A stretch of DNA of 64,000 nt from Fibrobacterota bacterium (GCA_023249635.1 JAHFCH010000011.1:671-64670); one strand, 5' to 3'; shown: positions 1-9,519, counted from the first letter of the stretch. Notes: generated by a model from the sequence alone, not told the origin. Translations and numbers: made by a program.

Positions 1-2757
1 GCCCAGGTTCGCACCCGCGACAGCTCGGTGCTCGACGGCCGCGCGTTCCGGGTCCAGGACAGCGCGCATGCAGGCGGGGATTCGTCGTGGAAGGTCGTAT
101 TCGGAGGCCGCGCCGATCCCAAGGAAACCTGGGCCCGCGCCTGGACGGATACCAACGTGGCCTTTAAATCGGGCCGCATCGAAGCCATGGCGGACCGCGC
201 GGGGCTGCATGTAGAGACCTGGATCCAGCAACCCCGGGCCTACGGGGCCGCGGCCGATTCGCTCTACGCCGAGCAGACCGTCAACAAGGCCGGGTACTAT
301 CTCACGGCATCGCGCGTGTACGGCAAGGAAGCCATGTGGCCGATTACCGGCCAAGTGGAGTGGGGGAGACGGGTCGGCGGCAAGGTGGTTCACAAATCCC
401 AGGTTTCCCTCGCCTTCCGGACGCAACATCCGCGTTACGGGTGGGCCGAATATTCCATGCCCGATCCCCGCAGCATGTCGGTGCGGGTGGAAAACCTGGA
501 GGCGCAGAAACTTCCCTACGTCAAATTGCCCCGGCTTACCGCCTTGGCTCCCGTCGTGACCGGCATTTTCGCCTGGGACATGGAGGAGCGCAACGGCGAT
601 ATCGATGCGGGAGCCACGCTTTCCTACGCCGGGCAAAGCCTGGAAGTCGAAGCCAACGCCCATTGGGACGCCGCCTTATTCATCGCGCAGGGATTGGACG
701 TGACCATTTCCGGCTCCAAGCTGCACTTCTCGGGTTCGGCCCGGTTGGGGGGGCGGCAATTCTGGCAGATGGGGAAATTGGAATTGAAGGACGTGCGCAG
801 TCTGGCCATGGAAGCGCACCGCTTCGACGCCTCGCGGCTTGCGCCCTTCCTGGGGGCGGGTTATCCCGTCGATCGCGCCGCCCTGGACGGCCGCTTGGGG
901 TACACCGATTCCACCGGCTTCAACGGCCAGTACCGCATCGAAAACCTCGACCTGACCCCCATCCGCAAGCTGGTGGCCATACCGCGGCTGGTGCTCACCG
1001 GCCAAGGCGAGAATCTGCGATTGGAGATGCGCACTACTTCGACGGCCTATCCGTGGCTGAACGATTCGCTGCAGGTGGAAGTCCAGGGCGTGCTCGGCAA
1101 GGTTCCGGGGATCCTCGTGGATGCCACCTCGGACGATGGCCTCAAGGTCTCCTTCCACGGAAGCTCCGGCGAGTTCCGCGACATCGATGGGATTTTCTCG
1201 GTGTCCGGCAATGCGGCCCTGCCGGGCCAAGCCGGACTGATCCGGGATGTGCGCCTGGGAGGCCATTACGCGACCCCGTTCTCGCGTGACTTGCTCAAGG
1301 AGATGGTCCTCGATTCCGGAAGCTTCGCGGGCCGTTACGCCATCCCGGGCCTGGACACGCAGGCATTCAGCGGTACCATGTCCCTGCGCGACGGGCGCCT
1401 GCGCATTCCCGACCTTCGATCCGAGAATGGACAGGGCCTCACGCTTTCCGGCGAAGCCGACTGCGAAGTCGCAGGCGCCCCCAAGGTAACGGCTCGGTTA
1501 CGGGGGGAGAACCTGGCCCTGCGGTGGCCGGGGATCCAGAAGCTGGTCCTGCGCGATGCCGACGCCTCCCTGCGCGTGGATTCGGCCGGCCTCTCCGCCG
1601 AGGCGCGGGTGGGCCGCGCGGAATTCGCATCCTCCCGGCCACCCATCAGCATGCATGGCCGCCTGGACGATGTGACCTTCCAATACGTGCAGCCGCCGGC
1701 CCCCAAGGCCGGCAAGGCCGCGGGACCGGTGCCCACGCTTAGGGTCAAGGCCAAGCTCAGCGATTTCCTCTTCAAGCACAAGATCGGTTTCCGGGAATTG
1801 CAGAAGTCGATCGGCAAGGTGAAGGTGGACAAGCGCAAGAAGCGCGTCAAACCCGTGGACGTGCAATTGAACCTGGAGACTGCCGGTGCCGGCAATCGGA
1901 TCGAAACCGACGTGCTGCGCATGGCTTTCACCGGGGATCTGGCCGTGAAGGGTGTCTATCCTTATACCCTGCTCTCCGGCGAATTCTCCGCGCTGAAAGG
2001 CGAGCTGGGCCAGACCACGCAATCCTACGACATCACCGATTTCGATTTGAAGTGGCAGAACGCCACCGTGGAAGAGGGGCGCATCTCGGTGGAGGGCGCC
2101 AAGAAGTTGCGCGTGGATTGCAAACCCGAGACCGAGCGCACCTGTAACGTATACGTCAAACTGGCCGGTCGCCTGGATGAAATGTCCTTCACCTATGACA
2201 GCGATTGCGGGAACAATACCGGGGAAAGCCTGGAACCCAGCGCGCTGATTAACTCGGTTAACCGCGGCTGCTGGTCCGATGTGGACGTGGCGGGAGCGGG
2301 AGGAGGCAATTACGGCGAGGCGGTTTTCGCGCTGTTGGAGCCGACCATCAACGAAAAGCTTTCCAGCGTGGGTGATCGGCTCTCGGGTGGCTGGATCAAG
2401 CGCACCTCGGTAACCGGCATCGGCAGCGCGGTGGCCAAGGACACGGCCGGCAACGAAGCCATCGCCATCGGGGTGGAGAGCAAGGAAAAATGGGGGATGA
2501 GCGTGAAAGCCAACGCCGGCTACCACTCCGAACGCAACGTAGCGAATCCCTGGGAGAGCAAGGTCGCGGTGGAATGGCGGCCTCCCCTGGAGAAAGCCTC
2601 CAAGAGCTCGGATTGGAAGCGCGCCGTGCGCGATCGCGTCACCTTGGAAGCCTCGGCGGAAACCCGGCCCGATGAGCCCGGTAACGTCGCCACCCATCAG
2701 GAGGCGCGCAAGCAGGTGGGCATCCGTTACCGTTATAAATTCTGGAATCTCTGGTAG
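1..2757 (+). CDS. TamB/AsmA-like (DUF490-type) translocation-assembly protein, 5' partial (frame open from nt 1)
   Basis: Long ORF with no stop from window start; large beta-rich secreted-type sequence ending in an aromatic tail (..KFWNLW); immediately followed by an Omp85 gene, the pairing typical of TamA/TamB. Family call from memory, not searched. Confidence 0.45.
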   Translation, partial: AQVRTRDSSVLDGRAFRVQDSAHAGGDSSWKVVFGGRADPKETWARAWTDTNVAFKSGRIEAMADRAGLHVETWIQQPRAYGAAADSLYAEQTVNKAGYYLTASRVYGKEAMWPITGQVEWGRRVGGKVVHKSQVSLAFRTQHPRYGWAEYSMPDPRSMSVRVENLEAQKLPYVKLPRLTALAPVVTGIFAWDMEERNGDIDAGATLSYAGQSLEVEANAHWDAALFIAQGLDVTISGSKLHFSGSARLGGRQFWQMGKLELKDVRSLAMEAHRFDASRLAPFLGAGYPVDRAALDGRLGYTDSTGFNGQYRIENLDLTPIRKLVAIPRLVLTGQGENLRLEMRTTSTAYPWLNDSLQVEVQGVLGKVPGILVDATSDDGLKVSFHGSSGEFRDIDGIFSVSGNAALPGQAGLIRDVRLGGHYATPFSRDLLKEMVLDSGSFAGRYAIPGLDTQAFSGTMSLRDGRLRIPDLRSENGQGLTLSGEADCEVAGAPKVTARLRGENLALRWPGIQKLVLRDADASLRVDSAGLSAEARVGRAEFASSRPPISMHGRLDDVTFQYVQPPAPKAGKAAGPVPTLRVKAKLSDFLFKHKIGFRELQKSIGKVKVDKRKKRVKPVDVQLNLETAGAGNRIETDVLRMAFTGDLAVKGVYPYTLLSGEFSALKGELGQTTQSYDITDFDLKWQNATVEEGRISVEGAKKLRVDCKPETERTCNVYVKLAGRLDEMSFTYDSDCGNNTGESLEPSALINSVNRGCWSDVDVAGAGGGNYGEAVFALLEPTINEKLSSVGDRLSGGWIKRTSVTGIGSAVAKDTAGNEAIAIGVESKEKWGMSVKANAGYHSERNVANPWESKVAVEWRPPLEKASKSSDWKRAVRDRVTLEASAETRPDEPGNVATHQEARKQVGIRYRYKFWNLW

Positions 2758-2763
2758 GCCTGC

Positions 2764-4632
2764 TTGCGGAACTTCCGGCCCATAGCCGTACTCCTTCTCG
2801 CGACGCTTCCCGCCGCTTTGCCCTGGGCCGCCGACCTGTCCGTGGACGGCAACGATCAGCTTTCCCGTCGGAAAATCGAGGCCGCCATCTCCCTGCCCGA
2901 GAAGCCCTCAACCCTCTCCACGGAGGACTGGGAGGATTGGGTCGATGACGTAGCGGGATCCATTACCGATCTCTACGGACAGATCGGCTACCTGGACGCG
3001 GCCGTCAAAGTCGAGAGATCTTCCGATGACAGCGCCGCGGCCGGGGCGCGCGCCAATAAAGAGGAAAGCGTGCGCGTACGTGTTCGCGAAGGCCAGCGCT
3101 ATGTATTCGGGCACGTGGTCGTGGTCACCGTCGACCATGCTCCTCCCGTCGTGGGGGAGGACAAATTGCGCTCGCGGCCCGGGCGCCCCTTCGAGAAGGA
3201 TCTCGTCTTCCGCGATCGGCGCGAGCTTGTCAATGGCTACGGGGACGCGGGTTTCCTGCACGCCCGTTCTTCGGAAAGCATCACTCCGGACACCGTGGCC
3301 AAGACCGTGAACCTGGAATTCCTGGTGGATGCGGGTCCCGCCGTGGTCTTCGATTCCCTGCTTATCCGCAACGAGCGCGAGGGCGATACCACCGGAGCGC
3401 CGGGCGTCACCCGCCCCCGCTTGCTCAACTCCCTGCTAGGGCTCCGGCCGGGAGATACCGTGAGTCTTTCCGACATGGCCGCTTTCGAACGCAAACTCAA
3501 GTCCACGCGTACCTTCAACTACGTGCGCCTGCGTGACAGTTTGCTGGCCTCCCGCGGTACCCGCAGCGCCCTCATCTTGTCCACCGAAGAGCGCGTTCCC
3601 GGGGAAGCGGACGCTTCATTATTCTATGAAACCCAATACGGCGCCGGCGTCGGGCTCAACTGGTCGCAGGGCAACATGCTCGGCAACCTGCACGAGGGCC
3701 GTCTGGGGGGATCATTGGCCCAGCGCAAGCAAACCGTATATCTGGGCTATGCCTCGCCGCTGTTTTTCGGTACCTCGGTCCGTTTCGACGATGATCTCGT
3801 TTCCAACTGGTACCAGGATAGCCCGCTGCAGAAAAGCGCGGGAGCCTACGAAGGCAATTTCGATATCACCAACTCGGCCAAGATCTCCCGCGCATTCACC
3901 GCGTGGTGCCGCGGCGTCAGCACCGCCGAACTTACCGGCCAGAGCGAACGCAAGGACACCAACGACGTGGAGCGCGGCTTCAACCTCAACTTCATCAACT
4001 CGGCCTACTTCAGCTTCCTCGACGCCATCGTCAATCCCGTGCGCGGCGCGCGCTGGTCCCTGACCTGGGGCAATGGCGGCAGCTTCCTCAACCGGCGCCA
4101 GATCGATGTGCCCGTTTCGGACCGCCACAATTGGCTAGAGGTCGAAAGCGCCTTCTACTATCCCCTGGCGGAGCGCCTGAAACTGGCGTATCGCCTGGAT
4201 GGCGGACGCTTCTTCGGCGCCGGCGATCTCAATTCCGAACGCTTTTTCCTGGGAGGCCCTCGCAGTGTGCGCAGCTACGGCTGGCGGGAGGTCTGCCCGG
4301 ATAGGGTCAATGAGGTTTGTGTCACCGAAGGCCTGGAACCGGCCTATTACCTTACCTCGTTCGAAATACGGTCCAACCCTTTCAGCTCCTCCTTTATCAA
4401 TCCCGATGGGCATTGGGCCTGGACCTTGGGGCTTCAGGTGGTTCCCTTCGTCGACTATGGCCAGATATGGCGGGTCGGGTCGAAGCCCACCTCGACTGGA
4501 ACGGGACAGGCATTCGGATTGGGTCTCCGCTACTCGCTGCTTTCCATTTTCAACGTGCGTCTGGACTATGCCATCGACGACCTTGAGCGTACGCACGATC
4601 AGTGGGTACTGGACCTCGCCCAGGCATTTTAG
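2764..4632 (+). CDS. Omp85 (BamA/TamA family) outer-membrane protein
   Basis: Signal peptide (LLLATLPAALPWAADL), POTRA-like N-terminal region, long beta-rich C-terminal region ending ..DLAQAF (C-terminal Phe typical of OMP barrels); 6 nt downstream of the TamB-like ORF. Confidence 0.6.
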   Translation: MRNFRPIAVLLLATLPAALPWAADLSVDGNDQLSRRKIEAAISLPEKPSTLSTEDWEDWVDDVAGSITDLYGQIGYLDAAVKVERSSDDSAAAGARANKEESVRVRVREGQRYVFGHVVVVTVDHAPPVVGEDKLRSRPGRPFEKDLVFRDRRELVNGYGDAGFLHARSSESITPDTVAKTVNLEFLVDAGPAVVFDSLLIRNEREGDTTGAPGVTRPRLLNSLLGLRPGDTVSLSDMAAFERKLKSTRTFNYVRLRDSLLASRGTRSALILSTEERVPGEADASLFYETQYGAGVGLNWSQGNMLGNLHEGRLGGSLAQRKQTVYLGYASPLFFGTSVRFDDDLVSNWYQDSPLQKSAGAYEGNFDITNSAKISRAFTAWCRGVSTAELTGQSERKDTNDVERGFNLNFINSAYFSFLDAIVNPVRGARWSLTWGNGGSFLNRRQIDVPVSDRHNWLEVESAFYYPLAERLKLAYRLDGGRFFGAGDLNSERFFLGGPRSVRSYGWREVCPDRVNEVCVTEGLEPAYYLTSFEIRSNPFSSSFINPDGHWAWTLGLQVVPFVDYGQIWRVGSKPTSTGTGQAFGLGLRYSLLSIFNVRLDYAIDDLERTHDQWVLDLAQAF

Positions 4633-4744
4633 GCGTTTCCGGGCCTTTTATGGGCTATCTCATCCCCAAACCCAGGTCGATTTTTCCGCCATTCTGAGTA
4701 TATTAGAGGGCGCTGACTATTCCAGAAACCCTCCAGGAGGATCC

Positions 4745-5305
4745 ATGGCTTTGGCAAAGAAACTGCAACTTTTCGGAGCCGCGTTAGGTTTAGCCTTGGC
4801 CCTGCCGTCGCTCAGCTTGAGCGAAGTCAAGGGAGGGTGTTCGCAAGACCCCGATAATCCTCCCGCCCGAGGCCAGATGGGCTCGGTGAGCATCGTGACC
4901 ACGCCGGAAAAGGCCGTAGTCTATCTCAATGGGGATAAGCTTGGCCTCTCGCCCATCGATACCGCGTATCCCTCGGGTCGATTCAGCCTCACCCTGATGC
5001 TCAACGGCGAAGAGCTGATCAAAGAGCGTATCAATGTCTGCGCCGGCCAGAAGACGGAGTGGGAAGGCGCCCTGAAGATGCCTTACGGGAGCGTAGCCGT
5101 GAAGACCAATCCCACCAACATCAACGCCCGGGTCACCGTGGATGGGGAAGAGGTGGGTTCGACCAAAGGCGGAGTGCTTACCATCAATCGCTTGGAAGCG
5201 GGCACCCGCGCATTCAAGGTATCCAATGGTAAGCGGCACAAAGAGATGTCGGTCAATGTGCTTCCCGAGGAAACCGTCGAATTGAACGTGGATTTCAAGA
5301 AGTAG
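4745..5305 (+). CDS. PEGA-domain exported protein
   Basis: RBS GGAGGA 7 nt upstream of ATG 4745; signal peptide; two PEGA-like beta segments (VSIVTTPEKAVVYLNGDKLGLSP.., VAVKTNPTNINARVTVDGEEVGST); internal start chosen inside longer ORF 4199..5305. Confidence 0.55.
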   Translation: MALAKKLQLFGAALGLALALPSLSLSEVKGGCSQDPDNPPARGQMGSVSIVTTPEKAVVYLNGDKLGLSPIDTAYPSGRFSLTLMLNGEELIKERINVCAGQKTEWEGALKMPYGSVAVKTNPTNINARVTVDGEEVGSTKGGVLTINRLEAGTRAFKVSNGKRHKEMSVNVLPEETVELNVDFKK

Positions 5306-5343
5306 TCGGGTTCAGGTCCCTCGGGACCGATCCTCTCTGATAG

Positions 5344-5385
5344 AAAAGCGGCCCATCCGGAGATTCCGGACGGGCCGCTTTTTTT
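5344..5385. terminator. Bidirectional rho-independent terminator (A4 - 14-bp stem with one mismatch - T7)
   Basis: aaaaGCGGCCCATCCGGAgatTCCGGACGGGCCGCttttttt lies between the 3' end of the PEGA gene (+) and the 3' end of tRNA-Cys (-). Confidence 0.6.
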
Positions 5386-5389
5386 CAAG

Positions 5390-5464
5390 TGGAGGCGACA
5401 AGCGGATTCGAACCGCTGAATAAAGCTTTTGCAGAGCTCTCCCTTACCACTTGGGTATGTCGCC
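5390..5464 (-). tRNA. tRNA-Cys (anticodon GCA)
   Basis: Reverse complement reads GGCGACA..TTCGAATCC..TGTCGCC-T-CCA. Acceptor stem pairs 7/7; T-arm AGCGG/TTCGAAT/CCGCT; anticodon stem GAGCT/AGCTT with loop CTGCAAA (anticodon GCA); U discriminator typical of tRNA-Cys; encoded CCA. Confidence 0.75.
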
Positions 5465-5625
5465 GCGGGGCTGAAGTTAAAAAAAACGGGGGGAATTTCA
5501 ATCAAGCGGGATGACCCAAGTCTCGGGAATGTCTGCACTTTTTTAATTTTCGGGGCACATTTTCCGGGGCTTTGTTTATTTTTAGGGGAAATGGGGAACC
5601 ACATTTGAGACTGCTACCCAAGCTG

Positions 5626-6714
5626 ATGGTTACCATAGGGCTGACCGCTGCTGCCCATGCGGCATCCGCTAAAGTGGAATCCCCCAAAGGCCCCAGCCGT
5701 ATGGCGGTGCTTGAGTTCGTGGATCTCACGGACAACTCGCAAAAGCCCGATGTCGCCGACCTGATGCGCAAGACCCTGGGGGCTACAGGCAACTGGACCG
5801 TGTTGCCCCGCGATTCCGTAGCGAAACGCCTGGGTGAATTCAACATCAATCCCCATCAAAGCTGCAACAATCCCCAATGCAGTTTCGACATAGGCAACGT
5901 GGTCCAAGCCGAGTACGTGCTCTTCGGCACCGCGTCACCCCTAGCCTCCGTGCAGGCCGTTACCTTGAAACTACTGCATATCCCCTCCGCCAAAATCGTA
6001 TGGACCAAGGTGTTGGAGGCCGAGGGCGGCAGCGAATCGGACCGCATGCGCAGCCTGGAGAAGGCCTTCTCGGGGGCGGCTTCGGAAATGGCGAAGGTAA
6101 AGCCCGATCAAGACAAGGCCAAGCACGGCAAATCCCTGGCGGTGATCGATCTGAGCGAGAACTCGCCCCAGTCCCGGGCCTTCTTCGAGCGGGTTTGCAC
6201 CCGTGTGTACGGCAATACCGCGTTCGATCTCATGAGCCCGACCGAGCTCACCGAACTGCTTACCGCGTTGGAGATCAACAAATACTCCGTGGTACCTTCG
6301 CTTGAGAACATGATCGGGCTCGGGCAGAAGCTCGGGGTATCCAATCTGCTCTACTCGCGACTCTATCGCGACGGGCGTAGTTATATCTATCGACTCGCGA
6401 TGTACGACGTGTCCGGAAAGGCCCTCGTCCTCGAGTTGCCCCCCCAACCCTCCGAAGACATCATCAAATTACTGGACTATGAAAAGGTTTTTTTCAATAC
6501 TCTATTCAGCAAAGAAAAAGACGCGCCCAACCAGGCCGTCGTCAAGGACGGTAGCAAATCCAACAAGGCACTTTGGATCTCCCTAGGCGTACTGGGCATC
6601 GGGGGCGGCGTTGCCGCCTACTGGGTGGAAAACCTCCGCAAGCCGGACAAAGGCGCCAACGGCAACAATCAAGCGATTCCTTTCCCGAAAAATCCACCCG
6701 ACGTCAAGGATTGA
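5626..6714 (+). CDS. Hypothetical exported protein with two tandem repeat halves and a C-terminal TM anchor
   Basis: Signal peptide MVTIGLTAAAHAASA (a TTG at 5572 would give a better charged n-region); two halves each with a V(A/L)V(L/I)-x-F/L-x-D/E-x-(T/S) core reminiscent of CsgG/LpoB-like lipoprotein folds; C-terminal TM ALWISLGVLGIGGGVAAYWV; no lipobox Cys. Confidence 0.45.
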   Translation: MVTIGLTAAAHAASAKVESPKGPSRMAVLEFVDLTDNSQKPDVADLMRKTLGATGNWTVLPRDSVAKRLGEFNINPHQSCNNPQCSFDIGNVVQAEYVLFGTASPLASVQAVTLKLLHIPSAKIVWTKVLEAEGGSESDRMRSLEKAFSGAASEMAKVKPDQDKAKHGKSLAVIDLSENSPQSRAFFERVCTRVYGNTAFDLMSPTELTELLTALEINKYSVVPSLENMIGLGQKLGVSNLLYSRLYRDGRSYIYRLAMYDVSGKALVLELPPQPSEDIIKLLDYEKVFFNTLFSKEKDAPNQAVVKDGSKSNKALWISLGVLGIGGGVAAYWVENLRKPDKGANGNNQAIPFPKNPPDVKD

Positions 6715-6766
6715 TGCGGGCGGGCTACGGGCTATGCCGATTTCAATATATTTTTAGGGACCCATT

Positions 6767-8014
6767 ATGAGCGATACGAATTTCAGCTACATGGAAGTTT
6801 CCGCGAAACGCAAGAAGCGGAACCAGTTCATCTCCGTCCTCATCATCGTGGCCATCGTATTGATGGGCGTGATCGTGTGGGGTTGGATCGAACTGCAGAA
6901 AAGCCGCAACGCGGAGCGGATCAAGAACGCCCTGAACAGCCAGGTGGAACCGGGCTTCAAGGAATCGGAAGGCGGTATGGAGCCGCCTATCGATACCGGT
7001 ACCCTCACCGTGCAGGATACGGTTCCTGTTGCCGTCCCGCCGAAACCGGTGGTGGAAACCCCGGCTCCGGTGAAGCCGCCCGAACCCGTGGCCGTAAAAC
7101 CGAAGCCGCGTAAGGAACAGGTCAAGGCCGTCGATCTGCCCAAGGAACCTGAACCAGTGGCCGTGGCTCCCGTTGTCGAACCGCCGAAACCGAAACCCGC
7201 TCCGGTCAAGCCTCCTGAACCCGTGGCCGTGAAGCCCAAGCCTGAACCGGTCGTCGTCGCCATGCACAAACCGGATCCCATCCCGGCCAACCCCACGCCC
7301 AAGCCGGCGCCGACACCCGCCAAGGTTTATCCTCCCGAGGATCTGCCCCTGCCAGAGAAGCCGGAAGCCACTGAAGAGGTCAAGAACGCCGTCGCGGCGA
7401 TTCCCGCGCCTGCCATGCCCGCTCCCACCGCGGCCACGCCGGCCGATGGGGCAGCCGGCTCGACCAATTTCAAGACCGGCATGTCGGCTTACCGCCAGCA
7501 GGATTACGTGAACGCCATCCGTTCCTTCTCGTCGGTGCCGAAGCCCGTTTCCAAGAAACGCGGCGATGCGGATCGGGACGAATACGTGCAAGCCAATTTC
7601 CTTAAGGGCCTCGCGCTCCTCAAGGTGGGGCACCTGAGCGAAGCCGTGAGCGCGTTCCAGAACGTACTCGAGTACGAAAAATACTATCCCCTGGCGAATA
7701 TGAACCTGGGCATCTGCTACGTGGAGTTGAAGCAATATGCCAAGGCGCACCAGGCCTTCGAGGCGGTCGTCCGCGACCAGAGCTTCATCGATCCCGCCGC
7801 CTTCGACGACGTGATGCAGCGTACCAAGTACTTCTGGGCCCTGGCCTGGACCCGCTTGTACAAGAATGCCACCAACCCGGACAAGCAGAACTTCTACCGC
7901 CAACAGGCGATGCTCAAGTGGAAAGATTACGAAGTCTGGTTTTCCAAGAACGACAAGTATAAGAGCGAGAATCTGAAGGCCGAGAATTACCTCAAGAGCC
8001 TCAGCAGCCTATGA
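6767..8014 (+). CDS. Membrane-anchored protein: N-terminal TM, Pro/Lys-rich extended linker, C-terminal TPR domain (TolA/CpoB-like architecture)
   Basis: N-terminal TM FISVLIIVAIVLMGVIVWGWI; about 200 aa of PxxP/KP repeats including duplicated VKPPEPVAVKPKP; C-terminal TPR-like helices; AGGGA 8 nt before the ATG. Confidence 0.6.
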   Translation: MSDTNFSYMEVSAKRKKRNQFISVLIIVAIVLMGVIVWGWIELQKSRNAERIKNALNSQVEPGFKESEGGMEPPIDTGTLTVQDTVPVAVPPKPVVETPAPVKPPEPVAVKPKPRKEQVKAVDLPKEPEPVAVAPVVEPPKPKPAPVKPPEPVAVKPKPEPVVVAMHKPDPIPANPTPKPAPTPAKVYPPEDLPLPEKPEATEEVKNAVAAIPAPAMPAPTAATPADGAAGSTNFKTGMSAYRQQDYVNAIRSFSSVPKPVSKKRGDADRDEYVQANFLKGLALLKVGHLSEAVSAFQNVLEYEKYYPLANMNLGICYVELKQYAKAHQAFEAVVRDQSFIDPAAFDDVMQRTKYFWALAWTRLYKNATNPDKQNFYRQQAMLKWKDYEVWFSKNDKYKSENLKAENYLKSLSSL

Positions 8015-8020
8015 GGATCA

Positions 8021-8200
8021 TTTGTTTACGCGGCGAGCATGGAGTCGCGAAGCGGTTCCATGGCGAAGCCGCCAAGTTGGATTCAATTTGCGGCGAGCGT
8101 GGAGTTGCGAAGCAACTCCATAGCGAAGCCGCCACTGTTGCTCTTAAATGCGGCGAGCGTGGAGTTGCGAAGCAACTCCATAGCGAAGCCGCCACTGTCA
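8021..8200. repeat. 3 x 60-bp tandem direct repeats, each carrying a 9-bp perfect-stem hairpin (TGGAGTTGC-gaa-GCAACTCCA)
   Basis: Units at 8021, 8081 and 8141; copies 2 and 3 are near-identical and copy 1 is diverged; they start right after the stop of the TPR gene and end 17 nt before the TolB-like start. Confidence 0.85.
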
Positions 8201-8217
8201 GGGAGAAAAGGGTTTCC

Positions 8218-9519
8218 ATGATGATCAGGATGCTGAATTGTGCCTGGCTTTTTGCGGTGGCCGCGGTAACGGCGGGCGCCGGCTTCGGGGCCGAAGCCAC
8301 CGATGCGAGCAAAACCGTGGTCGTCGTTTCCAGCGACAACCCGAAGATCTCGGGGCAATTGTTCCACCCCAAGATCTGCCCGAACCTGGTCAATTACGTG
8401 GCTTTTGTGCGCCAGATCCGGGACAACCGGCAAATCTGGTTGTACGACGCGAAGACCAAGGAATTGACCCAGGTTTCGCCGCGTGCGGCTACCAGCAAGA
8501 TCGAGGACGTCAACATCGACGAGGATACCGATCAAAGCATCTTCAAGGGCTACGAGGATGAGTTGGAATGGTGCCCGGTCCTGCACGATGGCATCCAATA
8601 CTACGTGTACGTGAGCGCCGGCGGAGTCAACAACCACGACGTGTACATCGGTTCCATCGGCGGCAAGCAGCATACCCGGCTGACCTTCGATCCCGAGGTC
8701 GACGGCACCCCGCGCTGGTCCCCGGACGGCAAGAGTCTGACCTTCGTCTCGGCCCGCACCGGCGACGGCGACCTGTACCTGGTCGCTGACATCACCAAGT
8801 ACCTGGGCAAGGATATCAAGCGCGAGGCCAAGGGCGCCTTCGAGCGCCTGACCACCAATCCCGGCGAAGAAATGTTCCCTTCCTATTCGCCCGACGGCCG
8901 CTTCCTGGCCTACACCACCCGCACCAGCGGCAACAAAAAGCGCGGCCTGTACACCATCGCCCTGATGGATTTCAAGGACGAGAAGAAGATCAAGATCTTC
9001 AACAACCAGATCACCAACAACAAAAGCCATCCGTCCTGGTCCTTCGACGGCCACTTCGTAGCCTACCAAATCTCCAATGACCTGAATGATCGGGTAGTGG
9101 ATATCGGCGTTATGCAATTGAAGGTCGACCCCCAAGGCCACTTGGTCGAGGTCGCCGATCTGCACGGCAAGACGCCGAAGATCGCCGAGAACGTGTATCC
9201 GAGCTCCTACACCGGGCCTACCTGGCTGCCGGGCTCGCGCGCCATCGTGTACGCAAAGCGCGAGTCCAGCCGGTTGAATCCGCTGGAGGTGGTGAACCTG
9301 GAGAAATGGCTCTACGATCAGAATTACACCCGGGCCACCATTACGACTCAGTCGAACATCCACCGCGACGTGGATTGCCTTCCCAATCATCCGATCATCG
9401 TATTCGCGGGACAATCGGGCCTGGAATTCCAGATTTTCGCTTCCGTCCTGATCGGCGCCGATCTCAGGTTGGGCGCAGAAAAGGTGGATGTGGCCAAGTA
9501 TGACCTTTTCAAGAACTAA
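8218..9519 (+). CDS. TolB-like periplasmic PD40 beta-propeller protein
   Basis: Signal peptide MMIRMLNCAWLFAVAAVTAGA; repeated PD40 motifs (TPRWSPDGKSLTFVS, FPSYSPDGRFLAYTT, SHPSWSFDGHFVAY). ATG 8218 chosen over ORF-track 8011 because the signal peptide would otherwise be internal and the 5' part is the tandem repeat. Confidence 0.6.
   Translation: MMIRMLNCAWLFAVAAVTAGAGFGAEATDASKTVVVVSSDNPKISGQLFHPKICPNLVNYVAFVRQIRDNRQIWLYDAKTKELTQVSPRAATSKIEDVNIDEDTDQSIFKGYEDELEWCPVLHDGIQYYVYVSAGGVNNHDVYIGSIGGKQHTRLTFDPEVDGTPRWSPDGKSLTFVSARTGDGDLYLVADITKYLGKDIKREAKGAFERLTTNPGEEMFPSYSPDGRFLAYTTRTSGNKKRGLYTIALMDFKDEKKIKIFNNQITNNKSHPSWSFDGHFVAYQISNDLNDRVVDIGVMQLKVDPQGHLVEVADLHGKTPKIAENVYPSSYTGPTWLPGSRAIVYAKRESSRLNPLEVVNLEKWLYDQNYTRATITTQSNIHRDVDCLPNHPIIVFAGQSGLEFQIFASVLIGADLRLGAEKVDVAKYDLFKN

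Noticed and set aside
1498-2697. Long antisense ORFs opposite real genes (1498-2697 minus, 8083-9414 minus, 11257-12708 minus, 13138-14295 minus, 24233-26770 minus, 48030-50852 plus, 58998-60799 plus, 56640-57146 minus, and others)
   Set aside because: Typical GC-rich shadow ORFs. Their translations are Arg/Gly/Pro/Ala-rich low-complexity sequence with no motifs, whereas the opposite-strand ORFs carry clear family motifs, signal peptides and RBS.
5465-5625. Integrated element at tRNA-Cys
   Set aside because: No integrase, no repeat of the tRNA 3' end and no compositionally foreign gene block adjacent. The flanking genes are ordinary envelope genes.
5575-6761. Shared TATTTTTAGGG motif upstream of genes 5626 and 6767 as a common operator
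   Set aside because: Spacing to the start codons differs (about 40 vs 12 nt). The first copy may be inside the coding region if the TTG-5572 start is used. The second is simply the Shine-Dalgarno context.
8021-8200. CRISPR array
   Set aside because: The 60-bp units are directly abutting with no spacers, there are only three, and no cas genes are present.
8011-8217. Translation of the TolB-like gene from ATG 8011 through the 60-bp repeats (20-aa peptide repeats CGERGVAKQLHSEAATV..)
   Set aside because: It would bury the hydrophobic signal peptide (MMIRMLNCAWLFAVAAV) 70 residues inside the protein. The repeats are open in two frames simply because of GC content. ATG 8218 has an upstream GGAGAAAAGG.
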